DNA of 64,000 bases from Planctomycetota bacterium (GCA_030602705.1 JAUVZF010000012.1:805-64804), one strand, 5' to 3'. Counted from the stretch's first letter, positions 1-9,861 are shown. Notes: generated by a model not told the origin, from the letters alone. Program-made: numbers and translations.

Positions 1-523
1 CGGCCGCGGCGGCCAGGGCAGCGTGACGGCGGCCGAAGTCCTCGCCAAGGCCGCCTTCAAGGAGGGGACGATCAGCCAGGCGTTTCCCGCGTTCGGGTCC
101 GAGCGGATGGGCGCACCCGTGCGCGCTTTCTGTCGCCTGTCCGACAAAGCAATCCGCACACGGGCCGTTATCGAGGAGCCGGACTACCTGATCGTCCAGG
201 ACCCGACGCTCTTCGGCCAGGTTGACATCTTCGGCGGCCTGAAAGACGGCGGCGTGGCGATTGTCAACACCGAGAAGCCCGACGAAATCAACGTGCCGCA
301 GGGCGCGGTCCTGAAGCCCGTCGCGGGCACGCGGATTGCGATGGACGTCATCGGCCGGCCCATTCCGAACATGGTGATGGTCGGCGCCTTTGCCGGCCTG
401 ACGGGCCTCGTGAGCCTCGAAGCCCTCCAGGAAGCAGTGAAGGAGCGTTTCGGCGGCAAGGTCGGCGACCTGAACGCCGAGGCCGTCGAGAAGGCGTATC
501 GGGCGGCCGAAGAATCAAAATGA
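1..523 (+). CDS. porG: Pyruvate/2-oxoacid:ferredoxin oxidoreductase gamma subunit (5' partial, continues upstream of window)
   Basis: ORF 23..523 is in frame with upstream GRGGQGSV... and carries the typical gamma-subunit N-terminal motif. It is followed by delta, alpha and beta genes in canonical order. Confidence 0.8.
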   Translation, partial: GRGGQGSVTAAEVLAKAAFKEGTISQAFPAFGSERMGAPVRAFCRLSDKAIRTRAVIEEPDYLIVQDPTLFGQVDIFGGLKDGGVAIVNTEKPDEINVPQGAVLKPVAGTRIAMDVIGRPIPNMVMVGAFAGLTGLVSLEALQEAVKERFGGKVGDLNAEAVEKAYRAAEESK

Positions 524-612
524 GTCCGGCGCAGGGCTTGCCCGGCGGATGCAACGACAGGTTAGCCGCCGGACTTGTCCGGCGCGTTCTCCACAAGGAA
601 TAGGGCAAAGGT

Positions 613-900
613 ATGAGCGACAAACTGTTGAGCCTCGACAAACTCTCCATCGGATGCGTCGCGCCGCCCGGCGGCAGTGTGGCGAACAAGACGGGCGCCT
701 GGCGGTCGATGCGGCCGGTTTACAAGCACGAGAACTGCATCGGCTGCCGCGCCTGCGAACTGGTCTGCCCCGAGGGCTGCGTCTTCGGCAACGCGAAGGA
801 AAAGCACTTCGACTTCGACCCGGATTACTGCAAGGGCTGCGGCATGTGCGCGGCCGAGTGCCCGGTGGACGATATCGAGATGGTCATGGAGGAGAAGTGA
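613..900 (+). CDS. porD: Pyruvate:ferredoxin oxidoreductase delta subunit (2x[4Fe-4S] ferredoxin)
   Basis: Two Cys clusters (CIGCRACELVCP and CKGCGMCAAECP). Its stop overlaps the porA start (ATGA). Confidence 0.8.
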   Translation: MSDKLLSLDKLSIGCVAPPGGSVANKTGAWRSMRPVYKHENCIGCRACELVCPEGCVFGNAKEKHFDFDPDYCKGCGMCAAECPVDDIEMVMEEK

Positions 901-2099
901 TGGCCGAAAAGCAAGAGATCCTCGAAGGCGCCATGGCCGTCGCCCACGCGGTCGCCCGCTGCCGGCCGGAGGTCATTGCCGCCTATCCCATCACGCCGCA
1001 GACTCACATCTCGGAGGAACTGAGCCAGATCGTGGCCGACGGCGAACTCGACGCCGAGTTCGTGAAGGTCGAGTCGGAGTTCGGCGCCGCCAGCGTCATC
1101 CTCGGCGCCAGCGCCACCGGCGTTCGCACCTATACGGCCACCTCGAGCCAGGGTCTCCTGCTGATGAGCGAGGTCCTGTGGAACATCGCGGGGATGCGGC
1201 TGCCGGTCGTCCTGGCGTGCGCGAACCGCTCGATCTCGGCGCCGCTTTCGATCTGGTGCGACCATCAGGACGCCGAGGCCATCCGCGACTGCGGCATCAT
1301 CCAGTTCTACGCCGAGGACAACCAGGAGGCCTGCGACCAGCACCTCATCGCCTACAAGGTGGCCGAGGACAGGCGGGTGCTGCTACCGGTGATGGTCAAC
1401 CTCGACGGTTTCCTTCTGACGCACGTCTTCGAGCCGACCATCCTGCCCGACCAGCAACTGGCCGACCGCTACCTCCCGCCGTATGAAGCGGTCCTGAAAC
1501 TCGACCCCGCCAACCCCGCCACCTTCGGCGCCTTCACCGAGCCCGACAAGTGCATGGAAGGCCGCTGGATGGTCCACGACGCGTGTATGCGCAGCCTGCC
1601 GGTCATCGAGGAGGCCTCCGCCGAGTTCGAGAAGGTCTTCGGGCGGCCGAGCGGCGGACTCCTCGAGGAGTACAAGAGCCGGGACGCCGAGACGATCCTC
1701 ATCGCCAAGGGCTCCCTCTGCGGCACCATCAAGGACGTGGTGGACGAGATGCGCGAGGAAGGCACGAAGGTCGGCCTGCTTCGCATCAAGACGTACCGAC
1801 CGTGGCCGACCGAGGCGGTGTTGAAGGCCGTCTCGGGCGCCAAGCAGATCGCCGTCATCGAACGCGGGGCCTCCTTCGGCGCCGGCGGCGTCATGACGCC
1901 CGAGGTCAAGGAGACGCTCTACGACGCCGGAATGCAGACACCGGTCAGCGGTTTCTGCGTCCAGTTGGGCGGCCGCGAGGTTCCGCCAGACGGCATCCGC
2001 GAGATCGTGGACCGCGTCGCGAGCGGCGAGAAGCAGACCGCCTACGAGTACTTCCGCCTGAAAACGGAGATCCTGCCGGAACTCGTGCCGGGAGCGTAG
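900..2099 (+). CDS. porA: Pyruvate:ferredoxin oxidoreductase alpha subunit
   Basis: ATG at 900 lies in frame within the long ORF 549..2099 and reads MAEKQEILEGAMAVAHAVARC..AYPITPQT, typical of the POR alpha N-terminus. The upstream 117 codons are R/G/P-rich and likely non-coding. Confidence 0.85.
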   Translation: MAEKQEILEGAMAVAHAVARCRPEVIAAYPITPQTHISEELSQIVADGELDAEFVKVESEFGAASVILGASATGVRTYTATSSQGLLLMSEVLWNIAGMRLPVVLACANRSISAPLSIWCDHQDAEAIRDCGIIQFYAEDNQEACDQHLIAYKVAEDRRVLLPVMVNLDGFLLTHVFEPTILPDQQLADRYLPPYEAVLKLDPANPATFGAFTEPDKCMEGRWMVHDACMRSLPVIEEASAEFEKVFGRPSGGLLEEYKSRDAETILIAKGSLCGTIKDVVDEMREEGTKVGLLRIKTYRPWPTEAVLKAVSGAKQIAVIERGASFGAGGVMTPEVKETLYDAGMQTPVSGFCVQLGGREVPPDGIREIVDRVASGEKQTAYEYFRLKTEILPELVPGA

Positions 2100-2253
2100 A
2101 TGGGTGTGCTGTTCGAGCCGCGACCGGAAGGTCGCGGTTATTATCCTGACCGGCTATTGGTGCTTGGAACAGCCGTAGGGTCCGTACGGACGCGCAAACG
2201 TCGGCGGAAACGGTGGTGGGTGCTGAGCACCCACCCTACACGGAGGACAAGCC

Positions 2254-3228
2254 GTGGAGTTTGATTACAGAGATCGCGTTTTGGTGCCCGGCTACACGTC
2301 GTGCTTGGGTTGCGGCGAAGCGATGGCGATGCGCATCGTCGCGCAGGCGGCCGGCAAGAACACCATCTTCACCAGTTGCACCGGGTGCTCGGAGATCTTT
2401 ACGTCGCGCTATCCGACCTCCTCGTGGGCCGCGCCGTGGATTCACAGCCTGTTCGAGAACTCGGCCGCCGTCGCCTCCGGCGTCTACTACGCCCTCAAGC
2501 ACAGGGGCAAACTCGAAGGCGTCAACGTCATCGGGACCGGCGGTGACGGCGGTACGGCCGACATCGGCATCGGCTGCCTCAGCGGCGCCCTCGAACGCGG
2601 TGACGACATCCTCTACTGCTGCTGGGACAACGAGGCCTACATGAACACCGGCATCCAGCGATCCAGCCTGACACCGTTCTATGCCGCCACCACGACCAGC
2701 CCCGCCGGCAAGGCCTCCTGGGGCAACGACCGGCCGAAGAAGGATATCCCGGCCATCGTGGCCGCACACAACATCCCGTATGTCGGCGTGGGCTCGTGCG
2801 GCTACTACCGCGAACTGCCGCGCATGGTCAAGAAGGCCCTCTCCTACCGCGGCCCGAAGTACCTCCAGATCCACTCTGTCTGCCCGGCGGGCTGGCGGAG
2901 CGACCCGTCGCAGACGGCCGTCATCGCCCGGTTGGCGTTCGAGACGGGCTGCTATCCGCTCTACGAGATCATCGAGGGCGAGACCAAGCCGCATAAGCCG
3001 CCGAAGGAAGGCTGGAAGCACGTCGAAGAATACCTGAAGCCCCAGGGCCGGTTCCGTCACCTGTTCCGCGCCGAGGGCGGCGAGGGGCAGATCGTCCGTA
3101 TCCAGGCCCTCGCCGGCGCCAACATCCGCAAGTTCTACGGCGACGATGCCGTCCCCGACTTCGCCAAAGAGGCCGAAAAGAAGGCCGAAGAAATGGCCGA
3201 GGAGCAAGAGGCCGAGGCGACGGCATAG
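2254..3228 (+). CDS. porB: Pyruvate:ferredoxin oxidoreductase beta subunit (TPP-binding)
   Basis: TPP-binding GDG...N signature (GTGGDGGTADIGIGCL). GTG start with GGAGGA 7 nt upstream. Acidic/Lys-rich C-terminal tail. Confidence 0.85.
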   Translation: MEFDYRDRVLVPGYTSCLGCGEAMAMRIVAQAAGKNTIFTSCTGCSEIFTSRYPTSSWAAPWIHSLFENSAAVASGVYYALKHRGKLEGVNVIGTGGDGGTADIGIGCLSGALERGDDILYCCWDNEAYMNTGIQRSSLTPFYAATTTSPAGKASWGNDRPKKDIPAIVAAHNIPYVGVGSCGYYRELPRMVKKALSYRGPKYLQIHSVCPAGWRSDPSQTAVIARLAFETGCYPLYEIIEGETKPHKPPKEGWKHVEEYLKPQGRFRHLFRAEGGEGQIVRIQALAGANIRKFYGDDAVPDFAKEAEKKAEEMAEEQEAEATA

Positions 3229-3368
3229 GCCGCACGGCGATTTGGCTCACGTGTTCGCGCGGCCCGTACGGGCCGCGTTTTTACGCGCCCTTCGTTCGCG
3301 GAGATCTTTTCGGCGAGGGATTCCGCCGCGCCCGGCGAGCGCCATGGGGGGGCGAAAGGGGAAGGCCG

Positions 3369-3881
3369 ATGACCGCGGGCTCGCGTCGCCGCATCCTGCT
3401 GCGCCGTACGCGCATCATTCTCGTGATCTTCACCGTCTGCCTCCTCGCCGCGGGTGCGACAGCGATTCCGGTCGAGTGGGAACTGGAGACCCTCGCCCGC
3501 TGGCTCAGGGCCGGGGCGGACGACACCGCCGCCGACCACACCGGCCTGACCGCGTTTATCATCCGCGCCCGGGGCGCCGTCCGCGACTCGCTCGGCCGCT
3601 ACCCGCTGCTGGCCTACGGCACAGATTGGCTGGCCTTCGCCCACGTCGTCTTGGCCATTCTTTTCGTCGGCGCGATCATCGACCCGGCGCGCAACCTCTG
3701 GGTCATCACCTTCGGCATGATCGCCTGCATCCTCGTTATCCCGTGGTCGTTCGTGTTCGGCCACGTGCGGGGCATTCCGTTCTCCTGGCAACTCATTGAC
3801 TGTGCCTTCGGCCTTGTGGGCATTATTCCCTTGTGGCTCGCCCGGCGGTATGCCATAGAATTGAGTGCGCTGAAGGCTTGA
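3369..3881 (+). CDS. Hypothetical integral membrane protein
   Basis: Hydrophobic helices. Adjacent to and co-oriented with a second membrane protein. Confidence 0.5.
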   Translation: MTAGSRRRILLRRTRIILVIFTVCLLAAGATAIPVEWELETLARWLRAGADDTAADHTGLTAFIIRARGAVRDSLGRYPLLAYGTDWLAFAHVVLAILFVGAIIDPARNLWVITFGMIACILVIPWSFVFGHVRGIPFSWQLIDCAFGLVGIIPLWLARRYAIELSALKA

Positions 3882-4352
3882 ATGGGAGGCGGACTTATGG
3901 TTTACGTCACGTTCCACGCCGCGTGGATGGTCCTGGCCGTCGCCATTGGCACGATTGCCGGATACCTGGGTTTGGTTCGGGCGACGCAAGGCACGGGCGG
4001 TGCCAGCGCGCTGCCCGGCCGCTTCAAGATGCAGGCCCACACGACGCTCGGCTTGGTCTATTACGTCATGCTTTACGTCGGGCTCCTCTTCGGCATTGCC
4101 ATGCACAGGTGGCTGCTTCCCGAGCACATCTTGCCGGACGGCGTCCGGATGCTGCACCTCGTCCTGGGAATCGTCGTGGTGGCGCTGTACACGGCGGCAT
4201 GGGTGATTGGAAGCGGGTTGGTGAAAAAGCCCGCCGGCGCCGGCCGCGCCCGACCGCGCCTGCACATGGTCTGCAACTACACGGCGTGCACGCTCATCGC
4301 CGTCCAGATCGCCGTAGCCGTCTACTACGTTTGGGTCTGGCCGAACACGTGA
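3882..4352 (+). CDS. Hypothetical integral membrane protein (4 TM)
   Basis: Hydrophobic composition. Starts 1 nt after the previous stop. Confidence 0.5.
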   Translation: MGGGLMVYVTFHAAWMVLAVAIGTIAGYLGLVRATQGTGGASALPGRFKMQAHTTLGLVYYVMLYVGLLFGIAMHRWLLPEHILPDGVRMLHLVLGIVVVALYTAAWVIGSGLVKKPAGAGRARPRLHMVCNYTACTLIAVQIAVAVYYVWVWPNT

Positions 4353-4393
4353 ACGCCGCGTTAGCCGCCCGTACGGGCGCGTTGAGGTGTACC

Positions 4394-5317
4394 ATGCAAC
4401 TCATCCGCGAACTTGACAACGTGCCGCCCGACCTCAAGGGCGGCGTCCTGAGTGTCGGCGTGTTCGACGGCGTCCACGTGGGCCACCAGAAGGTTCTCGG
4501 CCGCGCGGTCGAGCGGGCCCATGAGTTGGACACGGCTGCGGTCGTGTTTACGTTCCACCCGCACCCGCTGGCGGTCCTGCGTCCGGACGATGCGCCGCCG
4601 CTTATCCAGACGTTCGGCCGGAAACTGGAACTGATGCGCGAGATCGGCGTCGCCGGCGTCGTCTGGCCGCGCGATTCGGTCGCCGTCCTGAAAATGTCCC
4701 CCGAGACGTTTGTGCAGGAGGTCGTTTGCGAGGGGCTCGCCGCCGGGGCCGTGGTCGAGGGCGCCGACTTCCGTTTCGGCGCCGCCGGCGCGGGCGACCG
4801 CAAGCGGCTCTCGGAACTGGCGGCGGCGTGCGGCTTCGAGGCGGAGTTCGTCGCCGATGTCGAGGTGGACGGCCGGCGCGTCTCCAGCACGCGCATCCGC
4901 CGGCTCATCCGTGAGGGACGTGTCGCCGAGGCCGCACGCTGCCTCGGCCGTCCCTACGCGTACGTCGGCACGGTCGTCGAGGGGCGCCACCGGGGCGCGC
5001 GGCTGGGGTATCCGACGGTTAACGTGGAGGCGCCGCGGTTTCTGATGCCCGCCGAGGGCGTGTACGCCGGCTGGGCACGGGTGCGCGGAGGCCGATACCG
5101 GTCGGCCGTCAGTGTCGGACGCACGCCCACCTTTGAGACCGATCAACCCGTTACCGTCGAGGCCTTCCTGTTGGATTTCGACGGGGAACTCTACGGCGAG
5201 CAGGCGGCCATCGAGTTTGTCGAGTACCTTCGCCCCCAAAAGACCTTCGCCGACGCCGAAGCCCTCAAAGCCCGGATGGCCGCCGACTGCGAGCGGGTGC
5301 GTGGGGTCCTGGGTTGA
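4394..5317 (+). CDS. ribF: Bifunctional riboflavin kinase / FMN adenylyltransferase
   Basis: GVFDGVHVGHQ nucleotidyltransferase motif at the N-terminus. Riboflavin-kinase C-terminal domain (TVNVEAP...EAFLLDFDGELYG). Start is an internal ATG of ORF 3833..5317. Confidence 0.85.
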   Translation: MQLIRELDNVPPDLKGGVLSVGVFDGVHVGHQKVLGRAVERAHELDTAAVVFTFHPHPLAVLRPDDAPPLIQTFGRKLELMREIGVAGVVWPRDSVAVLKMSPETFVQEVVCEGLAAGAVVEGADFRFGAAGAGDRKRLSELAAACGFEAEFVADVEVDGRRVSSTRIRRLIREGRVAEAARCLGRPYAYVGTVVEGRHRGARLGYPTVNVEAPRFLMPAEGVYAGWARVRGGRYRSAVSVGRTPTFETDQPVTVEAFLLDFDGELYGEQAAIEFVEYLRPQKTFADAEALKARMAADCERVRGVLG

Positions 5318-5344
5318 TGGCGGCCAGGACCGGCCTGCCCCTCC

Positions 5345-5905
5345 TCACGAAAGCGTCTCCATGATGGTGCCGATGAGTCTCTCCACGGCGTCGATCACCA
5401 GCACTGTGATCCAGACGAGCCAGAAGACCCCACCTAGGATGATGCCCAACCAGGCCTGCGTTTTTCCTGCCGCCTGGGGGCGGGCGGCTGCATGGCGAAG
5501 CCCCAGGATGCCAAGCGTGACGGCGGGGATTCCCAGGAACGGGCCCAGACAAGGGATCGCCGAGAAGATCCCCAAGCAGAACGCTACTGTCGCGAGCCGG
5601 TTCGACTGAGGTCTCACGCGCGGGATTGCGACTCGGGTGGGCGCTGTGGGCCTGGTGCCCTGGCTGACATCCGGGGCTTCGACGCGGGGGGTCGCCGCCC
5701 CCTGGCCGCAAGCGCCCCCTCCTGCCGCCATGCCACCGAGGGCCGCAGCAACCTGGTCTGGCGTCTGACGGACGATCCTCTCGGACGCGAATGCGGCGGG
5801 GGCACGCCTGAGGTTCATCGGTGGTGGCGCCGAGAGGTCGTAGTGGCAGTGGACGCACATGGCCGCGCCTGGCGGGTTCTCGCCTTTGCACCGGCGGCAA
5901 TTCAT
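5345..5905 (-). CDS. Zinc-ribbon domain membrane protein (DUF4190-like)
   Basis: N-terminal CRRC...CVHC zinc ribbon, Gly/Ala-rich linker, C-terminal TM helices. Confidence 0.5.
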   Translation of the reverse strand: MNCRRCKGENPPGAAMCVHCHYDLSAPPPMNLRRAPAAFASERIVRQTPDQVAAALGGMAAGGGACGQGAATPRVEAPDVSQGTRPTAPTRVAIPRVRPQSNRLATVAFCLGIFSAIPCLGPFLGIPAVTLGILGLRHAAARPQAAGKTQAWLGIILGGVFWLVWITVLVIDAVERLIGTIMETLS

Positions 5906-5951
5906 CGGGTTAACGCCTCGGTTCTTTTACGCTTGCACACTCCGGGTCTCA

Positions 5952-6848
5952 TCACGACCGTATCCACGAAGTCCCGTAGAACAGCACCAGCACATTGAAG
6001 CCCGCGTGAGTGATCATGCATGCCTCCAGGCCGCAGTACCGGAACAGGTATCCCAGGGGCAGCCCGATCAAGAACATCTGAAGCAACTTGACCCACTCCG
6101 GGCTGACCATGTTGGCGTGCCCGAGAGCCCACACCGCCGACGTGACGGCGACTGCGATCGCGTAACGACCGCCGCCCAGTTTCAACCTCAGCGCGAGATA
6201 GTTCTGCAGGCCCAGCCGGAACATCACTTCCTCGCCGAACCCAAAGGCCACCATGACCACGACGAGCATCGCGCTCGGCTCGTCGCTCAGCCCCGCCTGG
6301 GCCTGTTGAACCTCCGAGACGTTCTTCAGGAGTTGTGAGATCTGCGGCGACGTTGCCTGGAACAACAGCCACGACATCCCCACGGCCCACGCTAAGCACA
6401 GCCCCACGGCAAGCGGCCACTGCCATGCCATGATTGTGCGCCTCCGGTCTTGCTGCCCCAGCAGACCCTTGACCAGCGGCCAGTCCACTTGGTCGGTGGC
6501 GGCGCAGCAGTACATCCCCACCATCGTGAGGAGCACGAGCTTCCCGGCCACAAGGATGTCGAAGGGGATGAGAACGTACAGGGGCTGGACCTTCAGGATG
6601 TTGGGTTCAAGGATGACCGCCAGGACGTCGAATGCCAGGACAAGGCATGCGACCGCCACGCCGTACACGACGTACCGCCGCATCGCCCTCGGTCGGATGC
6701 AGAACTCGACCAACTGGGCGATAATCAGCCCGAGCATGATCAGCCCGTACAAGCCCGAGGTGAGCACCAAGTAGACAACCGAATCGGGATCGAGGCCCCT
6801 GAACATGTGCTTCCCCCCTCCCGTGCCGTCATGGCACACCGGCCACAA
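5952..6848 (-). CDS. CPBP family intramembrane metalloprotease (CAAX protease/Abi-like)
   Basis: EEVMFR, FxxxH-like and HAGFN motifs in a polytopic membrane protein. Confidence 0.7.
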   Translation of the reverse strand: MWPVCHDGTGGGKHMFRGLDPDSVVYLVLTSGLYGLIMLGLIIAQLVEFCIRPRAMRRYVVYGVAVACLVLAFDVLAVILEPNILKVQPLYVLIPFDILVAGKLVLLTMVGMYCCAATDQVDWPLVKGLLGQQDRRRTIMAWQWPLAVGLCLAWAVGMSWLLFQATSPQISQLLKNVSEVQQAQAGLSDEPSAMLVVVMVAFGFGEEVMFRLGLQNYLALRLKLGGGRYAIAVAVTSAVWALGHANMVSPEWVKLLQMFLIGLPLGYLFRYCGLEACMITHAGFNVLVLFYGTSWIRS

Positions 6849-6890
6849 GCCTCGCCGAGGGGCACAATACCAAAGTCAACCGGTGCGTCG

Positions 6891-7058
6891 CTACTCGATT
6901 TTCTTCCACTTCCTTCCACCCGCCGCCCACAGCGTATACGCGCACTTCTCGATGAAGTAAAAGTCGCCTTTGCACCACGGGATATCGACGAAGGTAAGGA
7001 GCCTGTCGCCGGGCAGTTCTTCGATGAACGTGGCCCCGGCCATCAGCGCGCGGCCCAT
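6891..7058 (-). CDS. Small hypothetical protein (~55 aa) upstream of CPBP protease
   Basis: C-terminal part of ORF 6891..8057 has non-GC-biased composition (FIEELPGDRLLTFVDIPWCKGDFYFIEKCAYTLW), unlike the R/G/P-rich spurious upstream part. No clear RBS. Start could be 7058 or 7043. Confidence 0.25.
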   Translation of the reverse strand: MGRALMAGATFIEELPGDRLLTFVDIPWCKGDFYFIEKCAYTLWAAGGRKWKKIE

Positions 7059-7301
7059 GTGTGGCGGGTGGAGGGAATGCACTGGCGGACAAGCCGCCAG
7101 CCGGCCACCCTGGCAGGGCAAGCCTGCCGTGGCTTGACCGCGGCACGAGCCATAGCCGTGCCTGTGTGGCACCCGGCGCTGTGGTTGGGCGCTCCGCCAT
7201 AGGGCCTCACTCTTGCTCTCCCGCCTCGTCTGCGCCATACTTGAAGGTGCCCCGGATACGTGACCCGGGTCGCGCGCGGTCCCATCTGAAGGAGGCGAGC
7301 C

Positions 7302-8171
7302 ATGAGGTTCGAACGTTTCACGCACAACGCGCCCCGCGCGGCCGGCGTGGCCGCGATTCTGCTCGTTCTTGCGGCGGCGGGATGTTCGACAGCGGCCGAG
7401 AGCCCGGCGCCCGCCGAGCCGGAAGCGACGGCGACGATGCCTCCGGCGGCGAAGCCTGAAAAGGCCGATGCACCCAGCACCCAGGCCGGCGAGGCGAAAG
7501 AGAAAAAGTGGACGCCGCCCAGGTTCACCGCCCGACAGGACGAACGCGACCGTATGGTCAAGACCATCAGGGCCTATGGGTGCACGGACAAGGCGGTCCT
7601 TGCGGCGATGGCGGCCGTCCCTCGTCACGAGTTCGTCCCCGCCAGCGTCGCTTCGCTGGCCTACTGGGACAGGCCGCTGCCGACCGCGCACGGTCAGACC
7701 ATCTCGCAGCCGTACATGGTGGCCGAGATGACGCGGCTGCTGCGTCTGAAGGCCGGCGCGAAGGTCCTCGAGATCGGCACCGGGTCGGGGTACCAGGCGG
7801 CCGTCCTGACGCACTTCACGGCGCACGTTTACACCATCGAGATCATCAAGTCTCTGGCCGAGACGGCCGCGAAGCGCCTCAAGCGCCTCGGGTACGACGT
7901 GGTCAAGGTCCGCCACGGCGACGGCCACTTCGGCTGGGCCGAGGAGGCGCCGTTCGACGCGATCATCGGCACCGCCGTCGCGGGGAAGGTGCCGCCGGCA
8001 CTTATCGAGCAACTCAAAGTGGGCGGGCGGATGGTCATACCCATCGGGCCGACGCACGGCGTCCAGCGGCTGATGCTCGTCGAAAAGGATGCCCCGGGCC
8101 TCGTGCGGCAGCGATCGATCATGCTCGTGCGGTTCGTCCCGATGCTCCGCAAGGACCCGACGGAGAAGTGA
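7302..8171 (+). CDS. pcm: Protein-L-isoaspartate O-methyltransferase, lipoprotein-type signal
   Basis: SAM-binding VLEIGTGSGYQAAVL motif and TISQPYMVA. GGAGG RBS. N-terminal signal with LAAAGC lipobox. Confidence 0.85.
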   Translation: MRFERFTHNAPRAAGVAAILLVLAAAGCSTAAESPAPAEPEATATMPPAAKPEKADAPSTQAGEAKEKKWTPPRFTARQDERDRMVKTIRAYGCTDKAVLAAMAAVPRHEFVPASVASLAYWDRPLPTAHGQTISQPYMVAEMTRLLRLKAGAKVLEIGTGSGYQAAVLTHFTAHVYTIEIIKSLAETAAKRLKRLGYDVVKVRHGDGHFGWAEEAPFDAIIGTAVAGKVPPALIEQLKVGGRMVIPIGPTHGVQRLMLVEKDAPGLVRQRSIMLVRFVPMLRKDPTEK

Positions 8172-8191
8172 CCGGCCGTCGCCTCCGGCCG

Positions 8192-9136
8192 TTACGGGCC
8201 GTCCGGGTCAAGGCCCTGGCCGGTCGCCGCGTAGTAAACGCGACCGTCGGAGGTCGATGCGCTGAGCAGCCTTTCGTCAACGAGTTCCTGGACGTATTTG
8301 ACGACCTCGTTTCGGTGCAGGCCGAGGCCGCCGGCGATGTCGTCCACCGTGCACGGCCGTCGGCGCAAGAGGTTCAGAACGTCTTCACGCCGGGCGGCAA
8401 ACTCGCCTTGCCGGGCGGTTGCCGGATAATCGGCGACTACGGTGGCGGTGCCGCCGAATGCGGCAGCGAGGCGCTGCAACTCCGCTTTCTGTACGGCGAG
8501 CGCGGATTTCTCGGCGGGTGGTCGCGTAGCCGTGTTCAGGTGCACGCGATCCGGGCCGATCCTGCGTGCGATCTCGGCAATCCGCTCGACCTCGGCCGGC
8601 ACGGCCGTGATTCCCCCGAGCAGAAGCACCTCCAGCCAGTACCGGCCGCCGTACTCTTGCCGAAAAGCGATCAGGCCTTCGACCATCCGGTCGAATGCAA
8701 TGTCCTCGTGAGGCCGATTGACGATGCGGAACAGACGCTCGTTGCCGGCATCCAGAGACGGTACGACAAGGTCGGCCTCCAACAGGCCCGCCCGGACTTC
8801 GGGAACCGAGAGCAAAGACCCGTTTGTCAGGACCGCTACCGGCACGTCGGTCAGGTCTTTGATGCTGCGGATCAGTTCGCCGGGCCTGGAGAAGAGGGTT
8901 GGCTCACCCGATCCGGAAAGGGTGATGAAGTCCGGCTTCGTGTCCAGGGCGTCCCTCAGACTCGCACAGACCTCGTTCAGGGGAACCCATTCTTTTCTTT
9001 CGGTTGTCTTGCACGTGGTTCGTCCAAGTTGGCAGTAGATACAGTCATAGGTGCAGACCTTAAACGGCACGAGGTCCACGCCGAGACTGCGTCCAAGCCG
9101 GCGCGACGGCACAGGACCGAAGACGTGCTGCGACAC
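8192..9136 (-). CDS. Radical SAM protein with C-terminal winged-helix domain
   Basis: CTYDCIYC (CxxxCxxC) cluster motif near the N-terminus. C-terminal HTH-like LNLLRRRPCTVDDIAGGLGLHRNEVVKYVQELV. Confidence 0.75.
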   Translation of the reverse strand: MSQHVFGPVPSRRLGRSLGVDLVPFKVCTYDCIYCQLGRTTCKTTERKEWVPLNEVCASLRDALDTKPDFITLSGSGEPTLFSRPGELIRSIKDLTDVPVAVLTNGSLLSVPEVRAGLLEADLVVPSLDAGNERLFRIVNRPHEDIAFDRMVEGLIAFRQEYGGRYWLEVLLLGGITAVPAEVERIAEIARRIGPDRVHLNTATRPPAEKSALAVQKAELQRLAAAFGGTATVVADYPATARQGEFAARREDVLNLLRRRPCTVDDIAGGLGLHRNEVVKYVQELVDERLLSASTSDGRVYYAATGQGLDPDGP

Positions 9137-9141
9137 CGCGA

Positions 9142-9861
9142 TTACTCCTGGCGCTTGGCGTCAAAAACCAGCGAGGCGCCTACGCCGGACGGCAGATAGT
9201 CGTCGCCGAAGGCCTCGCTGATCATCTGCCGGGTCACCTCCCCCGAGCAGTGGCACGGCGCGACCCGGCCCACGCCCAGTCTCTTCATGGCCGCAATGAC
9301 CTCGGCGATGCGCCGGCGCGACGCCCCGCCCATGTGAAAGCCGCCCAGCACGGCGTGGACCGGCAGGCGGGCGTGCTGTTTCGCGGCTTCGACCATCCGG
9401 ACGATGCCGGGATGCGCGCAGCCGGTCATGACGATCAGCCCGCGGGCGCCCTTCACGTAGAGCCCCTGTTCCGGGATGCCGCCGTCGAGGACGCCGGTCG
9501 TCCAGGCCCCGTCGCAGATCTTCGCTGGGCGCTGCGTTTCGACGAGCGTGGCCCCGGCATCGCGGACCTGCTGCTTCGGTTTCTGCGGAAACGCTTTCGG
9601 CAGGAAGACGCGGACCTTCGGGTTGGCCCGAAGGAACGCGCCGAGCCCGCCGAGGTGATCGGAATGAATATGCGAGATGACGACGGCGCCGATGTCCTTC
9701 GGGTCGATCTTGCATTTGGCCATATTTGCGAGCAGCAGGCGTCCGTCGCCGCCGGTGTCGAAGAGAATGGTCTCCGGCAGGCCCCGCACGACGCAGGCGA
9801 AGCCCCAGGCGGCGCCCAGCCGAGGATCAAACGGGTTATTGTCATAGACAATGGTAATCAC
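9142..9861 (-). CDS. MBL-fold metallo-hydrolase
   Basis: HIHSDHLGG (HxHxDH) motif. Lies 6 nt downstream of the radical SAM gene on the same strand. Confidence 0.75.
   Translation of the reverse strand: MITIVYDNNPFDPRLGAAWGFACVVRGLPETILFDTGGDGRLLLANMAKCKIDPKDIGAVVISHIHSDHLGGLGAFLRANPKVRVFLPKAFPQKPKQQVRDAGATLVETQRPAKICDGAWTTGVLDGGIPEQGLYVKGARGLIVMTGCAHPGIVRMVEAAKQHARLPVHAVLGGFHMGGASRRRIAEVIAAMKRLGVGRVAPCHCSGEVTRQMISEAFGDDYLPSGVGASLVFDAKRQE

Noticed and set aside
6891-8057. Long antisense ORF (388 aa) opposite pcm
   Set aside because: R/G/P/A-rich composition typical of spurious ORFs in high-GC DNA. pcm on the plus strand has clear motifs and an RBS. Only the last ~55 codons have protein-like composition (kept as a low-confidence small ORF).
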